Below are positions 1-9,727 of a DNA stretch of 64,000 nucleotides, one piece after another. Location: assembly GCA_963752285.1 (NCBI GenBank), contig CAVVXN010000003.1:288001-352000 (forward strand), in the 5' to 3' direction. Under the pieces are notes generated by a model. It was not told where the DNA came from. It made no database searches and saw only the letters and a program-made list of their open reading frames with translations. Position 1 is the stretch's first letter; each line of letters opens with the position of its first letter. This DNA comes from an uncultured Planctomycetota bacterium. GTDB lineage: Bacteria > Planctomycetota > PLA2 > JAEUHO01. Position numbers and translations under genes: made by a program.

Positions 1-201
1 TGGCGTCGCACGGGCACGCTGTGGGCCGACGTGGGGATCCACGCGGGCGCGGTGTTCGTCCTCAAGTGCTACGGCGCCGCGACCACCCGGGACCCGGAAT
101 GGACCTGGGCCGGATCGAAGCACCTCTTCGACGGCCCTCCCGGCTGGATCGTGATGGGCCTGGCCCTCGTGGGGACCCGCTTCGTCCGGCCCCGCCGTTG
201 A
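1..201 (+). CDS. 3' end of a probable CPBP/Abi (CAAX-like) intramembrane metalloprotease (partial)
   Basis: Frame 1 reads WRRTGTLWADVGIHAGAVFVLK...GWIVMGLALVGTRFVRPRR*. The RTGxLW...GxHAG pattern is the C-terminal His motif of this family. Confidence 0.65.
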   Translation, partial: WRRTGTLWADVGIHAGAVFVLKCYGAATTRDPEWTWAGSKHLFDGPPGWIVMGLALVGTRFVRPRR

Positions 202-295
202 GGCGGGGCCTCGCGGGTCCGCGCGGCCTTCCCCGCGCGTGCCCGAGCCTATGATGGAGCTTCGAGCCCCACGGGACGTCCGGAGGCCGGTCGCG

Positions 296-2485
296 ATGGC
301 GGAGAGCGGAAGAGGACGAGGGGCCTTTCCGTCGCGCCTCGCCCGCGCCCTGGGGCGCGGGCGGTGGCTCGTCCTCGGCCTCGCGCTGCTCGCCGTCGTC
401 TACTTCGCCCGCGACACGGGGCTCCTCGGCGGCGACGCGCTCGACCGTGCGGACGACCCGGTCGCGGGCTCGTCCTTGGACGCGCGGACTCTGGTGCACG
501 CGCCGGCCGGCGGGCCCGAGGAAGGGCCCCGTCTCGCGGGGCGCTTCGTGGCGGGGGACGACGCCTTCGGTCCCGGGGCCGGCGGCGCGGCAGGCGAAGG
601 CCAGGCGACGATCGGGGGCGCGGGGGCGGCGCGCGCGCGCGGCCTCGTCACGATCGGCGGCGTCGTCCGGGACGAGCGGGGACAGCCGGTGGCCGGGGCG
701 ACGATCTTCACGCGGGGCGGGGGGGCCGAGACCCAGGAGGACGGTCGGTTCACGCTGTCCCTCGCGCCGGGCCGATACGCCCTCGTCGTCCACAGCGCGA
801 AGGGCGCGCTCCTCCTCCCCTCGTTCCTCGTGGACGGCGCGACGGGCACGGAGCTGGAGCTCGTCCTGCTCCCTGCTGTTCGGCTCGAGGTCCACGTCAC
901 GCACGTGGGGCGGGTGGTCGCCGAGGCGCAGGTGGCGCTCGCGGCCGCGCGCGCCGACGAGGTCACCTGGAACGCCGAGCCGACGGACGACGGAGGCATC
1001 GCGGTCTTCGAGAACCTCTTCCAGGGACGGTACGACATCACGGTCACGATGCCCGACGGGCGCGAGGTGAAGAAGCCCGTCTCGCTCCACGCGGACGCCG
1101 TCGTCGAGGTGGACGTGCCCGCGGGCGTGCGGATCCACGGCCGCGTGCTCGAGGCCGAGCGCGGGGACGGCGTCGCCGGCGCACGCGTGGTGGCCGACGT
1201 CCGGACCGGGACCGGGCTCGCCGTCGAGGTGGAGGGCACGAGCGACGACGCCGGCGGATACGACCTGGACGTTCCCCGAGGGCACGTAGACGCGATCGCG
1301 GTCACCGCCGACGGGTTCGCGCCCTGGCCGTCGAATCGCGAGCGCGGCAAGGTGCTCCGCGCGTTGAGGCCCCTCACGTTCGGGAAGGAGGTCTCGCTCG
1401 ACGCGAAGCTCGTCCAGGGCCTCTCCGTCCACGGCACGGTGACCGACCCAGAGCACCGTCCCGTCCCGGGCCTCATCGTGGACCTCGTCCCCGTGCGCGG
1501 CGCGCCGCAGTCCGCCACGAGCGACGACGACGGCCGCTTCGAGATCGCGGGCCTCACGCGTGGTCGCTGGCGCGTCTCGATCGAAGGCGAGGCGTGGTTC
1601 CCCGAGGCGTACGCCGTCGTCGACGTGCCCGGTCTCGCCCCCGGCGCGTCGTTCGAGAAGAACCTCGTCGTGCACCGCGCGCTCGACGTCTCCGGGCGCA
1701 TCGTGTACTCCGACGGGAAGCCCGCGGCGGCCGCGCGCGTGTGGGCGACGGGCGGGGGCGGGCTCGTCTCGGCGGCCCACCGCGCGGGGCGCACCCTCGA
1801 GACCTTCAGCGACGACGACGGCCGCTGGCGCCTCGTCGACCTGCCCGCCGACGTGTCGTTGGTCTTGCGGGGGGCCGTCGGCTCGCTGGAGGCGACTCCA
1901 CGAGGCGTTCGCGCCTCCGCGCTCACGACGACCGAGATCGTGCTCGAGCTCGCGCCGACGGTCACGGTGCGCGGACGCGTCGAGGACCTGCGGACGCACG
2001 AACCCGTCGGGCACGCGACGGTCACGATCCGCCCGAAGGGCGACCCGGGCGGACGCCCGGCCCGTCGCCTGACCGCCGACGTGGAAGGCCGCTTCGAAGC
2101 GGCCGAGCTGATCCCCGGGACGTGGACGTTCCAGCCGTCGTACGCGAGCTACCTCCCCGCGGAGGCGACGGAACGCACGCTCGCCGGCGGTCGCGACGTC
2201 GTCGTGAACCTCGAGCTCGACCCCGGCCTGGCCGTCGGCGGCGTGGTGCTCGACGCGGCGGGCCGCGCCCTCGACCGGGCGCGCGTCGTGGTGAACGGGA
2301 CGACGCGCGCCGGGGGACGCGTGTCGCGCTCGGGCCGGACGGACGCGCGCGGCCGCTTCCGACTGATCGGGTTCCTCCCGGGCGCGTACGTGCTCTACGC
2401 GGGGCACCCGGGCTATCGGAACGCGAAGGTCCCCGACCTGACGGGCGGCGAGGAGTGGATCCAGGTGGAGCTCCGCCCACGCTGA
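296..2485 (+). CDS. Membrane-anchored protein with multiple carboxypeptidase regulatory-like (beta-sandwich) repeats
   Basis: GGAGG precedes ATG 296, followed by an N-terminal TM segment (WLVLGLALLAVVYF). There are repeated G.V.D..G.PV.GA.V...T..DGRF..L.PG.Y units. Confidence 0.8.
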   Translation: MAESGRGRGAFPSRLARALGRGRWLVLGLALLAVVYFARDTGLLGGDALDRADDPVAGSSLDARTLVHAPAGGPEEGPRLAGRFVAGDDAFGPGAGGAAGEGQATIGGAGAARARGLVTIGGVVRDERGQPVAGATIFTRGGGAETQEDGRFTLSLAPGRYALVVHSAKGALLLPSFLVDGATGTELELVLLPAVRLEVHVTHVGRVVAEAQVALAAARADEVTWNAEPTDDGGIAVFENLFQGRYDITVTMPDGREVKKPVSLHADAVVEVDVPAGVRIHGRVLEAERGDGVAGARVVADVRTGTGLAVEVEGTSDDAGGYDLDVPRGHVDAIAVTADGFAPWPSNRERGKVLRALRPLTFGKEVSLDAKLVQGLSVHGTVTDPEHRPVPGLIVDLVPVRGAPQSATSDDDGRFEIAGLTRGRWRVSIEGEAWFPEAYAVVDVPGLAPGASFEKNLVVHRALDVSGRIVYSDGKPAAAARVWATGGGGLVSAAHRAGRTLETFSDDDGRWRLVDLPADVSLVLRGAVGSLEATPRGVRASALTTTEIVLELAPTVTVRGRVEDLRTHEPVGHATVTIRPKGDPGGRPARRLTADVEGRFEAAELIPGTWTFQPSYASYLPAEATERTLAGGRDVVVNLELDPGLAVGGVVLDAAGRALDRARVVVNGTTRAGGRVSRSGRTDARGRFRLIGFLPGAYVLYAGHPGYRNAKVPDLTGGEEWIQVELRPR

Positions 2486-2551
2486 CGACCCGCCCGGGCG
2501 GAGGCGCGAGGGAACCGGCCCGGGTCGTGGGCGCGCGCGGCGGCCGTCGCG

Positions 2552-3202
2552 TCAACGCGATCCGACGCGGGCGAGGCTCCGGCGCGCGCCGAGGTGGCGG
2601 GGATCCGATCGGAGCGCCTCTTCGAAGCGCCGGCGGGCGTTCGCAAGATCGCCGGCCGCCATCGCCTGGAGGCCCAGCAGGTACGACGCGTCCGCGCACG
2701 CCGGGTCCAGGGCGAGCGCGCGGAGCCACGCCGCGCGCGCCTCGGGCGCGGTCTCGGCGGCGCGACCTCTCGCGACCCAGCGCGCGGCCTCGGCCCGCGC
2801 GGGATCGACGGTCTTCACGCCCCCCACGTAGCCGCCCTCGGACCAGGTCGTGGCGCCCGCCGGGACGGTGGTGGGGACCGCGCCCGGCACCTGGCTCGTC
2901 GCCTGCGGGTACGGCGCGTAGGCCGGCCCGACCGCGGCGGGCTGAGCCCCGGGGCGACCGTACGCCTGCTGGTACGCCGCGCGCTCGCGCTTGTCGGCCA
3001 TGTAGTCGCCGACGAGATAGCCCGTGACGCCGCCCGTCACGCCCCCCAGGATGACGCCGAGCGCGGAGCCGCTCGTGAGCCCGCCGATCAGCGCGCCCCC
3101 CGCGGCGCCGAACGCGGCGCCGGTCATCCGTTCGTTCATCTGGCAGGCGGGCAGGACCGCCACGGCGGACGCCAGGACGACGACGGCGGCGGTTCGGCGC
3201 AT
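2552..3202 (-). CDS. Glycine-zipper lipoprotein with C-terminal TPR-like helices
   Basis: Lipobox LPAC, glycine zipper GAAFGAAGGALIGG...GGVTGGVTGYLVG, and a TPR-like segment ALALDP..ADASYLLG...FEEALRSDP. Confidence 0.8.
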   Translation of the reverse strand: MRRTAAVVVLASAVAVLPACQMNERMTGAAFGAAGGALIGGLTSGSALGVILGGVTGGVTGYLVGDYMADKRERAAYQQAYGRPGAQPAAVGPAYAPYPQATSQVPGAVPTTVPAGATTWSEGGYVGGVKTVDPARAEAARWVARGRAAETAPEARAAWLRALALDPACADASYLLGLQAMAAGDLANARRRFEEALRSDPRHLGARRSLARVGSR

Positions 3203-3206
3203 GGGA

Positions 3207-3260
3207 CCTCCTCGGCACGCCTCTTCAGCGCGCCTTCCTCAGCACGCTTTCCTCAGCACG
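3207..3260 (-). repeat. Four imperfect 13-14 bp direct repeats in the leader of the glycine-zipper lipoprotein gene
   Basis: Minus strand reads CGTGCTGAGGAAAG CGTGCTGAGGAAGG CGCGCTGAAGAGG CGTGCCGAGGAGG TCCC ATG. Confidence 0.75.
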
Positions 3261-3380
3261 ACGGGACGTCCCCTCCGCAGACGGGAGGCCCCGTCCCCTG
3301 GGATCGGCCCGACGGGCGCCCCTCCTGACGGAGACCCGCGCGCCCGGGACGCACGGCGGCGGGTGTACGCTCCCTCCGTC

Positions 3381-4271
3381 GTGCGAAGGCCCCTCCTGCT
3401 CCTCGCCCTCTCTGGCCTCCTCCTCTCCCTCACGGCGTGCGCGGAGCTGGACGAGGACCTTCGCCTCGATCCCTCGGGCGGCGGCACGTACCGGGTTCGG
3501 ATCTCGTGGGACCAGGACCTCCTCCGGCAGGTCGCCGAGTCGGTGCCGCGCCCGGTCGTCGCCCGATTCGCCGCGCGCCTCCCCCCGCTCGACGCCGCGA
3601 CGTGGCGGGACACCGTCGCGGGCGTGCCCGGGCTCCGCCTCGTCCGGGCCGAGGACCTCGCGCCGTCGGGCGGGCGCCGCGGGGTGGAGGTCGAGGTCGC
3701 GTTCGACGACCTCTCGTCGCTCCTGGGCTGGGAGCCGTTCGCGCGCCGACCGCTGGTCGTGGCGCGACGAGGCCCGGACGGGAGCCCGGCCCCGGAGGGG
3801 CCCGCGCGGGCGGGCGACGTCACGACGCTCGAGATGGACCCCCTCGTCCGGATCCCCCTCCTGGACGGGGTCGCCGACGCGCTCCGCCGGGTCGCCGACG
3901 GATCCCGCGGCGACCCCCGAGCCGGCCCGGCGCCCGGGACCGGAACGCCGCCCGCGGCCGGAGCCGCGGCGGGTGACCTGGACGACCTGGGCCTGGACCC
4001 TTCGACCGCTTCGCTCCTCGCGAGGATCGTCCGGGCCCGCCTCGACGAGGCGCACCTCGTGTTTCGCGTCACGACGCCGGGCGCGGTCCGCGCGGCGCCC
4101 GGCGCCCGGGAGCGCGGGGACCGGCAGGCGACCTTCACGTTCGGCGCCGAGCGGCTCGGGACCGCGCGCGACCGGCGGCTCTCCGTGTCGTGGGAGGCCG
4201 CGCCTTCGGAGGGGCTCTCGACGCTCCGCCACGCGGGCGACGCGCCCGTGCCCGAAGCCTGCTTGCGGTAG
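3381..4271 (+). CDS. Hypothetical lipoprotein (LppM-like pattern)
   Basis: GTG start, signal peptide with lipobox LTAC, then C.ELDEDLRLDPSGGG. Confidence 0.7.
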   Translation: MRRPLLLLALSGLLLSLTACAELDEDLRLDPSGGGTYRVRISWDQDLLRQVAESVPRPVVARFAARLPPLDAATWRDTVAGVPGLRLVRAEDLAPSGGRRGVEVEVAFDDLSSLLGWEPFARRPLVVARRGPDGSPAPEGPARAGDVTTLEMDPLVRIPLLDGVADALRRVADGSRGDPRAGPAPGTGTPPAAGAAAGDLDDLGLDPSTASLLARIVRARLDEAHLVFRVTTPGAVRAAPGARERGDRQATFTFGAERLGTARDRRLSVSWEAAPSEGLSTLRHAGDAPVPEACLR

Positions 4272-4283
4272 ACTCCCTCCGAC

Positions 4284-6536
4284 GTGACCGAAGGACCCGA
4301 CGAGAAGGAGCGTCCGGACGACTCGGGCCCCCCCGGCGAGCTGGAGGCGCGTCTCGCCTCCATCTTCGGCGGCGAGGACGAGGACGGTTCGGAGGAGACG
4401 ACGCCCGAGCCCGAGGGCGGACCGCGCCTCCGGCTCGACAAGACGGGCGCGCTCGCCGACCGCCCCAAGCTCCAGCCCCGAAAGCCCTATGCGCGCCCCG
4501 GCGCGCCCGGGCCGGAGCCGGCGGTCCCCGCCCTCGGCGGCCCGGGCGCGCCGGGCGCCGCGCCCCGCAAGGCGAGCCTGCCCCCGCCCATCGGCCGGAT
4601 CCCCCCCCTCGGCGGCGAGGCACCCCAAGACGCCCCGCCCGACGACGAGATCGAGATCCCCGCCGGGAGCTTCCTCTACGGCGAGGACAAGACGCCCCGG
4701 GATCTCCCCGCGTTCCGGATCGACCGGCGGCCGGTCACGAACGGCGACTTCGCAGCCTTCGTGCGCGCGACCGGGCACCGGCCTCCCCTCTACTGGCCGG
4801 ACGGCCGGGTGCCGGGGGAGCTCGCCCGTCACCCGGTCGTGGGCGTGGACTACTTCGACGCGCTCGCGTACGCGCGGTGGCGCGGCAAGGACCTGCCGTA
4901 CGAGGACGAGTGGGAGCGCGCCGCACGCGGCACGGACGGCCGCGCGTACCCGTGGGGCAACGACCCCGAGCCGACGCAGGCCAACACCGCCCGCCTCGGC
5001 TTCAAGATGACCGTCCCCGTCGGCTGGCACGAGATGAACGTGTCGCCGGACGGCATGACCGACGCGGTGGGGAACGCGTGGGAGATCACCCACTCCCCGG
5101 CGCCCGGCGGCGGGATCGTCGTGCGCGGCGGCTCGTGGTTCGACTTCGCGCTCTACGCGAAGGTGTGGTTTCGCTTCGCGTCGCGACCCGAGGCGCGGAA
5201 CGGAACGATCGGGTTCCGGTGCGTGCGCCGCGCGAAGCCTCGGCCCGCCGAGCCGCGCGAGGTCCCGCCGCGCGACGCCGACGCGGCGATCGCGGAGCGC
5301 CGCGGGCCGCAGCCGACGGTGGACCCCGGCACGTTCAGCGCCGAGCAGCGTGACCTCGTGCCCGACCTGAGGCGCCTGCGCCAGATGACCCAGGAGCGCG
5401 AGGCGGAGACCCTGTCCCGCCGCGAGCAGGTGTTGATCGGGCGCACCGGCGGCGGTTCGCGCCCCACGCTCGCGCCCGTGAAGGCCACGCCGCCGCCGCC
5501 GATCGCGCGCGCCAGGCCCGCGCCCGCGTCCCCTCCGAAGCCCGAGCCCGCGACGGCGGCCGCCGAGGAGGCCACGCCGGCGCGACCGTTCGCGCCCGAG
5601 GGGGCGACCCGCGCGGCGCCGGCCGCCGCGGAGCGCCCGGCGTCCTCGCCGGTCCCGCCCAAGCCCCGTGCGCCCACGCCGGCGCCCGAGGTCTCGCCGG
5701 CGCGCGAGAAGGAGCCCGCGCTCGACCGCGCGTCGCTCCGCCACGCCGCCGACATGGCCACGAAGGGCGCGGTCGGGAGCGCCGAGCCCGCACCGGAACG
5801 GCCCGAGACCGCGATGCCGCTCGGCTACTGGATCGCCGTCGGCTGCGGGATCGCGCTCGTGGTGACGCTGCTGGTGCTCCTCGTGACCGGCATGGTCGAC
5901 TCCTCGTCGAACGCGACGCCCTGGCTCGCCCGGGGAGGCGGGACGGCCGCGGGCGAGAAGCCCCCGCACTTCGTCGCGCCGCCGCCCGCGCCCACGCCTC
6001 CGCCCGACGAGACGGGCGGTCTCCCGGCGCCGCCTGCCTCCGACCCGCGCGACGCCGACCCGCCCCGCTGGATCGACGCGGCCCGACCGGACGACGTCGA
6101 GACGGTAGAGGAGGGCGTCTGGCTCCTCGTCTTCGCGCACGTGCCGAGCCCCGACGGATCGCGCACCGTGCGCACGGTGGACCAGGTCCACCGCCGGCTC
6201 CGCGACACCGCGGCGCACGTCGCGGTCGTGCTCCCGCGCGGCTACTTCGTGAACGAGGGCGAGGGCCGCCTCGTCACGGAGCGGATCCGGACGCAGCGCC
6301 TCTTCAGCCTCGGCGCCCACACCGACCTCGAGGTCGTGCTCGACCCGCCGGACGGGACCTCCTTCGACGGGGTCCTCCGATCCCGGTACGCCGTCCAGCG
6401 CCCCGAGTCGGCGATCCTCCTGGTGGACGGCCGGATCGAGGCTCGGACCGACCTGGCCGAGGGCGGGTTCACCCTCCCCGCGCTCTCGCGGCTCGCCGCC
6501 CGGGCCGCGGAGATCCGCTCGCGAAACGCTCGCTGA
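4284..6536 (+). CDS. FGE-sulfatase (SUMF1/EgtB/PvdO) domain membrane protein with Pro-rich linkers
   Basis: IPAGSFLYG, FRIDRRPVTN, HPVVGVDY.DA.AYARW.G..LP.E.EWE.AARG..GR.YPWG, GNAWE, RGGSW and IGFRC motifs. A TM helix and a C-terminal extracytoplasmic domain follow. Confidence 0.85.
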   Translation: MTEGPDEKERPDDSGPPGELEARLASIFGGEDEDGSEETTPEPEGGPRLRLDKTGALADRPKLQPRKPYARPGAPGPEPAVPALGGPGAPGAAPRKASLPPPIGRIPPLGGEAPQDAPPDDEIEIPAGSFLYGEDKTPRDLPAFRIDRRPVTNGDFAAFVRATGHRPPLYWPDGRVPGELARHPVVGVDYFDALAYARWRGKDLPYEDEWERAARGTDGRAYPWGNDPEPTQANTARLGFKMTVPVGWHEMNVSPDGMTDAVGNAWEITHSPAPGGGIVVRGGSWFDFALYAKVWFRFASRPEARNGTIGFRCVRRAKPRPAEPREVPPRDADAAIAERRGPQPTVDPGTFSAEQRDLVPDLRRLRQMTQEREAETLSRREQVLIGRTGGGSRPTLAPVKATPPPPIARARPAPASPPKPEPATAAAEEATPARPFAPEGATRAAPAAAERPASSPVPPKPRAPTPAPEVSPAREKEPALDRASLRHAADMATKGAVGSAEPAPERPETAMPLGYWIAVGCGIALVVTLLVLLVTGMVDSSSNATPWLARGGGTAAGEKPPHFVAPPPAPTPPPDETGGLPAPPASDPRDADPPRWIDAARPDDVETVEEGVWLLVFAHVPSPDGSRTVRTVDQVHRRLRDTAAHVAVVLPRGYFVNEGEGRLVTERIRTQRLFSLGAHTDLEVVLDPPDGTSFDGVLRSRYAVQRPESAILLVDGRIEARTDLAEGGFTLPALSRLAARAAEIRSRNAR

Positions 6537-6650
6537 CGCCCGACCGGTCGCCCCGCCCGCATCGAACGCCCGCTTGCGCCCGAGCCACGCCTCGGCCGAG
6601 AATCGCCGGGCGTGGGCGGCGGCACGACGCGCCGCGAAGAGGAGGACGCG

Positions 6651-7112
6651 ATGCGCGAGCAGAGAGCGGATCCCGAGGGCCGGAACGAGGGGAGGCCCAC
6701 GCGCCGCGTGGGCCTGTTCCTGTCGTTCGTGTTGCTGGCCGCCTTCCCGATCGTCGGTTCGGGCTGCGGAGGCGAGTCGGCGAAGGCCCCGGACGAGATG
6801 GACGCCGTCGACACGACGTGGCTCGTGTACCAGGAGGGCACGGGCCCGACGGTCCTGGAGCTCTCCGCGAGCATCCTGAAGAGCGCGAGCGACGCCTACA
6901 AGGGCACGACCGACAAGGACGTCCGGGCCTCCATCCTGAATGCGGTGAACGAGCTCCACGACTGCATGGCGGGCCCGCACACGAAGAACGGGAACCCGAA
7001 GGACGGATACAAGGCCCTCCAGACGGCCGAGTCTCGCGCCGCCAGCGCCGCGAGCAAGAAGGACTGGGACGCGGTCGACGCCAGCGACGCGCTGATGCAC
7101 GGACACAGCTGA
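6651..7112 (+). CDS. Hypothetical exported/lipoprotein, predicted helical
   Basis: GAGGA RBS before ATG 6651, then a hydrophobic signal and GSGC lipobox-like motif. Confidence 0.65.
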   Translation: MREQRADPEGRNEGRPTRRVGLFLSFVLLAAFPIVGSGCGGESAKAPDEMDAVDTTWLVYQEGTGPTVLELSASILKSASDAYKGTTDKDVRASILNAVNELHDCMAGPHTKNGNPKDGYKALQTAESRAASAASKKDWDAVDASDALMHGHS

Positions 7113-7115
7113 CCT

Positions 7116-7141
7116 CGGCGCCGTTTGAACGGCGCCGTCTT
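7116..7141 (+). terminator. GC hairpin between convergent genes, possible intrinsic terminator
   Basis: CGGCGCCGT-TTGA-ACGGCGCCG followed by TCTT. Confidence 0.4.
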
Positions 7142-7197
7142 GCCGGCGCCGTCTCGCCGGCGCCGCGGGACCGGGGCCGGCCTGCCGGGGCGGGGCG

Positions 7198-8514
7198 TCA
7201 GGGGAAGAGGGCGCGGTGCAGCGCGCGGACCGTGCTCTCGAGGCGGTCCTCCGGAACGACGAGCTGGAGGTTCGTCTTCGTCGCGCCGTACGAGATCGCG
7301 CGGAGCGGAACGCCCTCGCCGCTCACCGCGCCGAACACCGTCCCCGCCAGGCCGTGTGCGCTCCGCATGCGCTCGCCCACCACGGCGATGAGCGCGTTCC
7401 CCTCCTCGACGTCCACCTGCGCGATCGAGGAGAGCTCGCTGACGACCCGTCCGAGCCCATCGCGCCGGTCCACCGACACGGTGATCGACACCTCGCTCGT
7501 GGCGACGAGGTCCACCACCACGTCCTGCTGGCGGAACGCCTCGAAGACCGAGGCCATGAAGCCCGACTGCCCGAGCATGCGTCCCGACACGATGTTCACG
7601 AGGTGGATGCCGCGTTTGCTCGCGATGCTCGCGACCGTCGCGGCGCCGCGCGCCGGCGGTTCGGGAGCGATCAAGGTCCCGGGGGCCTCGGGCTCGAACG
7701 TGTTGAGGATGCGGACGGGGATCCGCCGCTCGACGGCGGGCTGGATCGTCAGGGGGTGGATCACCTTCGCGCCGTAGTACGCGAGCTCGCCCGCCTCGGC
7801 GTACGTGAGCTGGTCCACGGGCCGCGCCTCGGGCACGATGCGCGGGTCGGCCGTCAAGACGCCGCTCACGTCGGTCCAGATCTGGACCTCCTCGGCCCCG
7901 ATCGCGCGGCCCACGATCGTCGCCGTGAAGTCCGAGCCCGACCGACCGAGCGTCGTGACGTTTCCGTCCCGGTCGCGGCCGATGAACCCCGTCACGACGG
8001 GCGTCCCCTCGACCTCGCGAAGCGCCGCGGCCAGGTTCGCGTACGCCTCCTCGAGCGGGTTCGCCCGCGTGAAGCGGTTGTCCGTCACGAGCCCGGCCTT
8101 GTCGGCCTCGACGGCGACGGCGGGGATGTCGTTCGCCGTCAGCAGCGCCGCGATCGCCTTGACCGACATGCGCTCGCCGAACGCGGCGACCGCGTCGAGG
8201 CTCCGTGGCGTCAGCTCGCCGAGGAGCGCGAGGCCGCGGTACATCTGGTCCAGTCGGTCGAGCTCGGCTTCGACCAACGTCGTGCGAAGTCCGATCGCGC
8301 GGAGCACGTCCTGCTCGCGACGGACGACCGGACCCAGGTCGGGCTTGCCCGCGGCCGCCGCGCGCGCGCCGTCGAGGAGCAGGTCCGTGACGCCCGAGTG
8401 CGCCGAGCACACGAGAACGGGCTGGCGGGGGAGCGCCCGGCGAACGAGGCCCACCACGGTCTCGATGCGCTCGCGGGTCCCGAGCGACGTCCCGCCGAAC
8501 TTCATCACCAGCAC
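7198..8514 (-). CDS. lysC: Aspartate kinase
   Basis: VMKFGGTS, TTLGRSGSDFTA, IWTDVSGVLTADPR and GAKVIHP motifs, plus two C-terminal ACT domains. Confidence 0.95.
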   Translation of the reverse strand: MLVMKFGGTSLGTRERIETVVGLVRRALPRQPVLVCSAHSGVTDLLLDGARAAAAGKPDLGPVVRREQDVLRAIGLRTTLVEAELDRLDQMYRGLALLGELTPRSLDAVAAFGERMSVKAIAALLTANDIPAVAVEADKAGLVTDNRFTRANPLEEAYANLAAALREVEGTPVVTGFIGRDRDGNVTTLGRSGSDFTATIVGRAIGAEEVQIWTDVSGVLTADPRIVPEARPVDQLTYAEAGELAYYGAKVIHPLTIQPAVERRIPVRILNTFEPEAPGTLIAPEPPARGAATVASIASKRGIHLVNIVSGRMLGQSGFMASVFEAFRQQDVVVDLVATSEVSITVSVDRRDGLGRVVSELSSIAQVDVEEGNALIAVVGERMRSAHGLAGTVFGAVSGEGVPLRAISYGATKTNLQLVVPEDRLESTVRALHRALFP

Positions 8515-8559
8515 GGGAAGGCGGCCTCCGCGGGCGGACCGCGCACGCCCCGGACGGAC

Positions 8560-8702
8560 CGCCTCCCCATGGGTCGGACGAGGTCGCCGTCGGGTTGCGC
8601 GGATTCCGGCGTTCGCCTGCTCGAAGGCCCGGAGGTTTCGGTGGTGTTCCCCCCCTCAAGGCGGTCCCCGGGGGAACCGACCTCGAAGCCGGTCGGGAGG
8701 CG
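8560..8702. ncRNA. Candidate structured RNA / cis-regulatory leader between divergent lysC and the CAP gene
   Basis: Nested complementary segments: CGCCTCCC(8560)/GGGAGGCG(8695), CGAGGTCG(8579)/CGACCTCG(8678) and GTTCCCCC(8646)/GGGGGAAC(8670). No family assigned. Confidence 0.3.
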
Positions 8703-8711
8703 AGGCGCGCC

Positions 8712-9632
8712 ATGCGTGATTCTCTGTGGGTCGTCCCGCTCGCCCTCGCAGCGCTCGCGGTGGCGGGGTGCGCGCGGGACTTCTGGGACCGCGGCCCGCG
8801 CGTCGCGGCCCGCACCGAGACGGCCGCCGCTCTGTCGCCCGGCGCGTACGCGGGCGCGGCGACGCCCGCGCCGGCCCCGTACCCGAGGGTCCCGGCGCCG
8901 GCCGTCCCCGAGTACGCGGCGCCCGCCCCCTCCGTCCCCGCCCCGTACGCGTCCGCCGCGGCGCCAGACGATCGGGCGCCCTCCGTCGAGGAGTCCGAGG
9001 TCCTCGCGCGCGTGAACCGGATCCGCGAGGGCCGGGGCCTCCGCCCGTTCGGCTTCGACGCGAGCCTGTACCGCGCGGCGCAGGACCACAGCGACGAGCA
9101 GAACCGATACGGCTACATGGGGCACGGCTCGCCGGACCCGGCGCGCAACACGCTGCTGCAGCGCGTGCACGCGGCGGGGTGCACGGGATCGGTCTTCGGC
9201 GAGGTCGTGGCGTGGGGCTACGAGTCTCCCCAGGCGGTCGTCGAGGGGTGGATGAACAGCCGCGACCACCGCGCGATCCTCGTGGACCCGGACCTGACGC
9301 ACGGCGCGTTCGCGCGCGCCGGAGCCACGTGGACCGGCGACTTCGGCTCGCCGCTCTCGATCCCCGCCCCGCGTCCGTGGCCGGCCCCGCCGGCGGTGCC
9401 CGCCCCTTCGCCGCGGCCGGCGCCGACGCGGCCGGCCCCGATCGTGCGCGACGTCCCTCCGGGCTACGCGGCTCCGTCCGCGCCGCGTCCCTCGTACGTC
9501 GTGCCCGCGGCGCCGGCGTACCGGGCTCCGGCGGCGCCCGCGCCCGCGTCGCCGGGCGCGTCGGTCTACTTCCGGCCGGCGCCGTCCCCGGCGCCCGCTC
9601 CGGCGGCTCGCCCCGCGCCGCGCGGCGGCTGA
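8712..9632 (+). CDS. CAP (SCP) domain lipoprotein with Pro/Ala/Tyr-rich flanks
   Basis: Lipobox VAGC and motifs VLARVNRIR..GL, AAQDHS, GEVVAWGY.SP..VVEGWMNS..HRAIL. Confidence 0.85.
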   Translation: MRDSLWVVPLALAALAVAGCARDFWDRGPRVAARTETAAALSPGAYAGAATPAPAPYPRVPAPAVPEYAAPAPSVPAPYASAAAPDDRAPSVEESEVLARVNRIREGRGLRPFGFDASLYRAAQDHSDEQNRYGYMGHGSPDPARNTLLQRVHAAGCTGSVFGEVVAWGYESPQAVVEGWMNSRDHRAILVDPDLTHGAFARAGATWTGDFGSPLSIPAPRPWPAPPAVPAPSPRPAPTRPAPIVRDVPPGYAAPSAPRPSYVVPAAPAYRAPAAPAPASPGASVYFRPAPSPAPAPAARPAPRGG

Positions 9633-9727
9633 GGCGTCTGAAGCGCCCCGTCGGGGCGCTCCCTCTCCGCCCGTGCCCTCCGGAGGCGCCGCATCGCCCC
9701 CGAGACCGGCCGGGGTACCGTCTCGCC

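Noticed and set aside
8515..8711. Canonical lysine or SAM-I riboswitch call for the lysC leader
   Set aside because: The consensus motifs could not be matched by eye, so it is kept only as an unassigned candidate.
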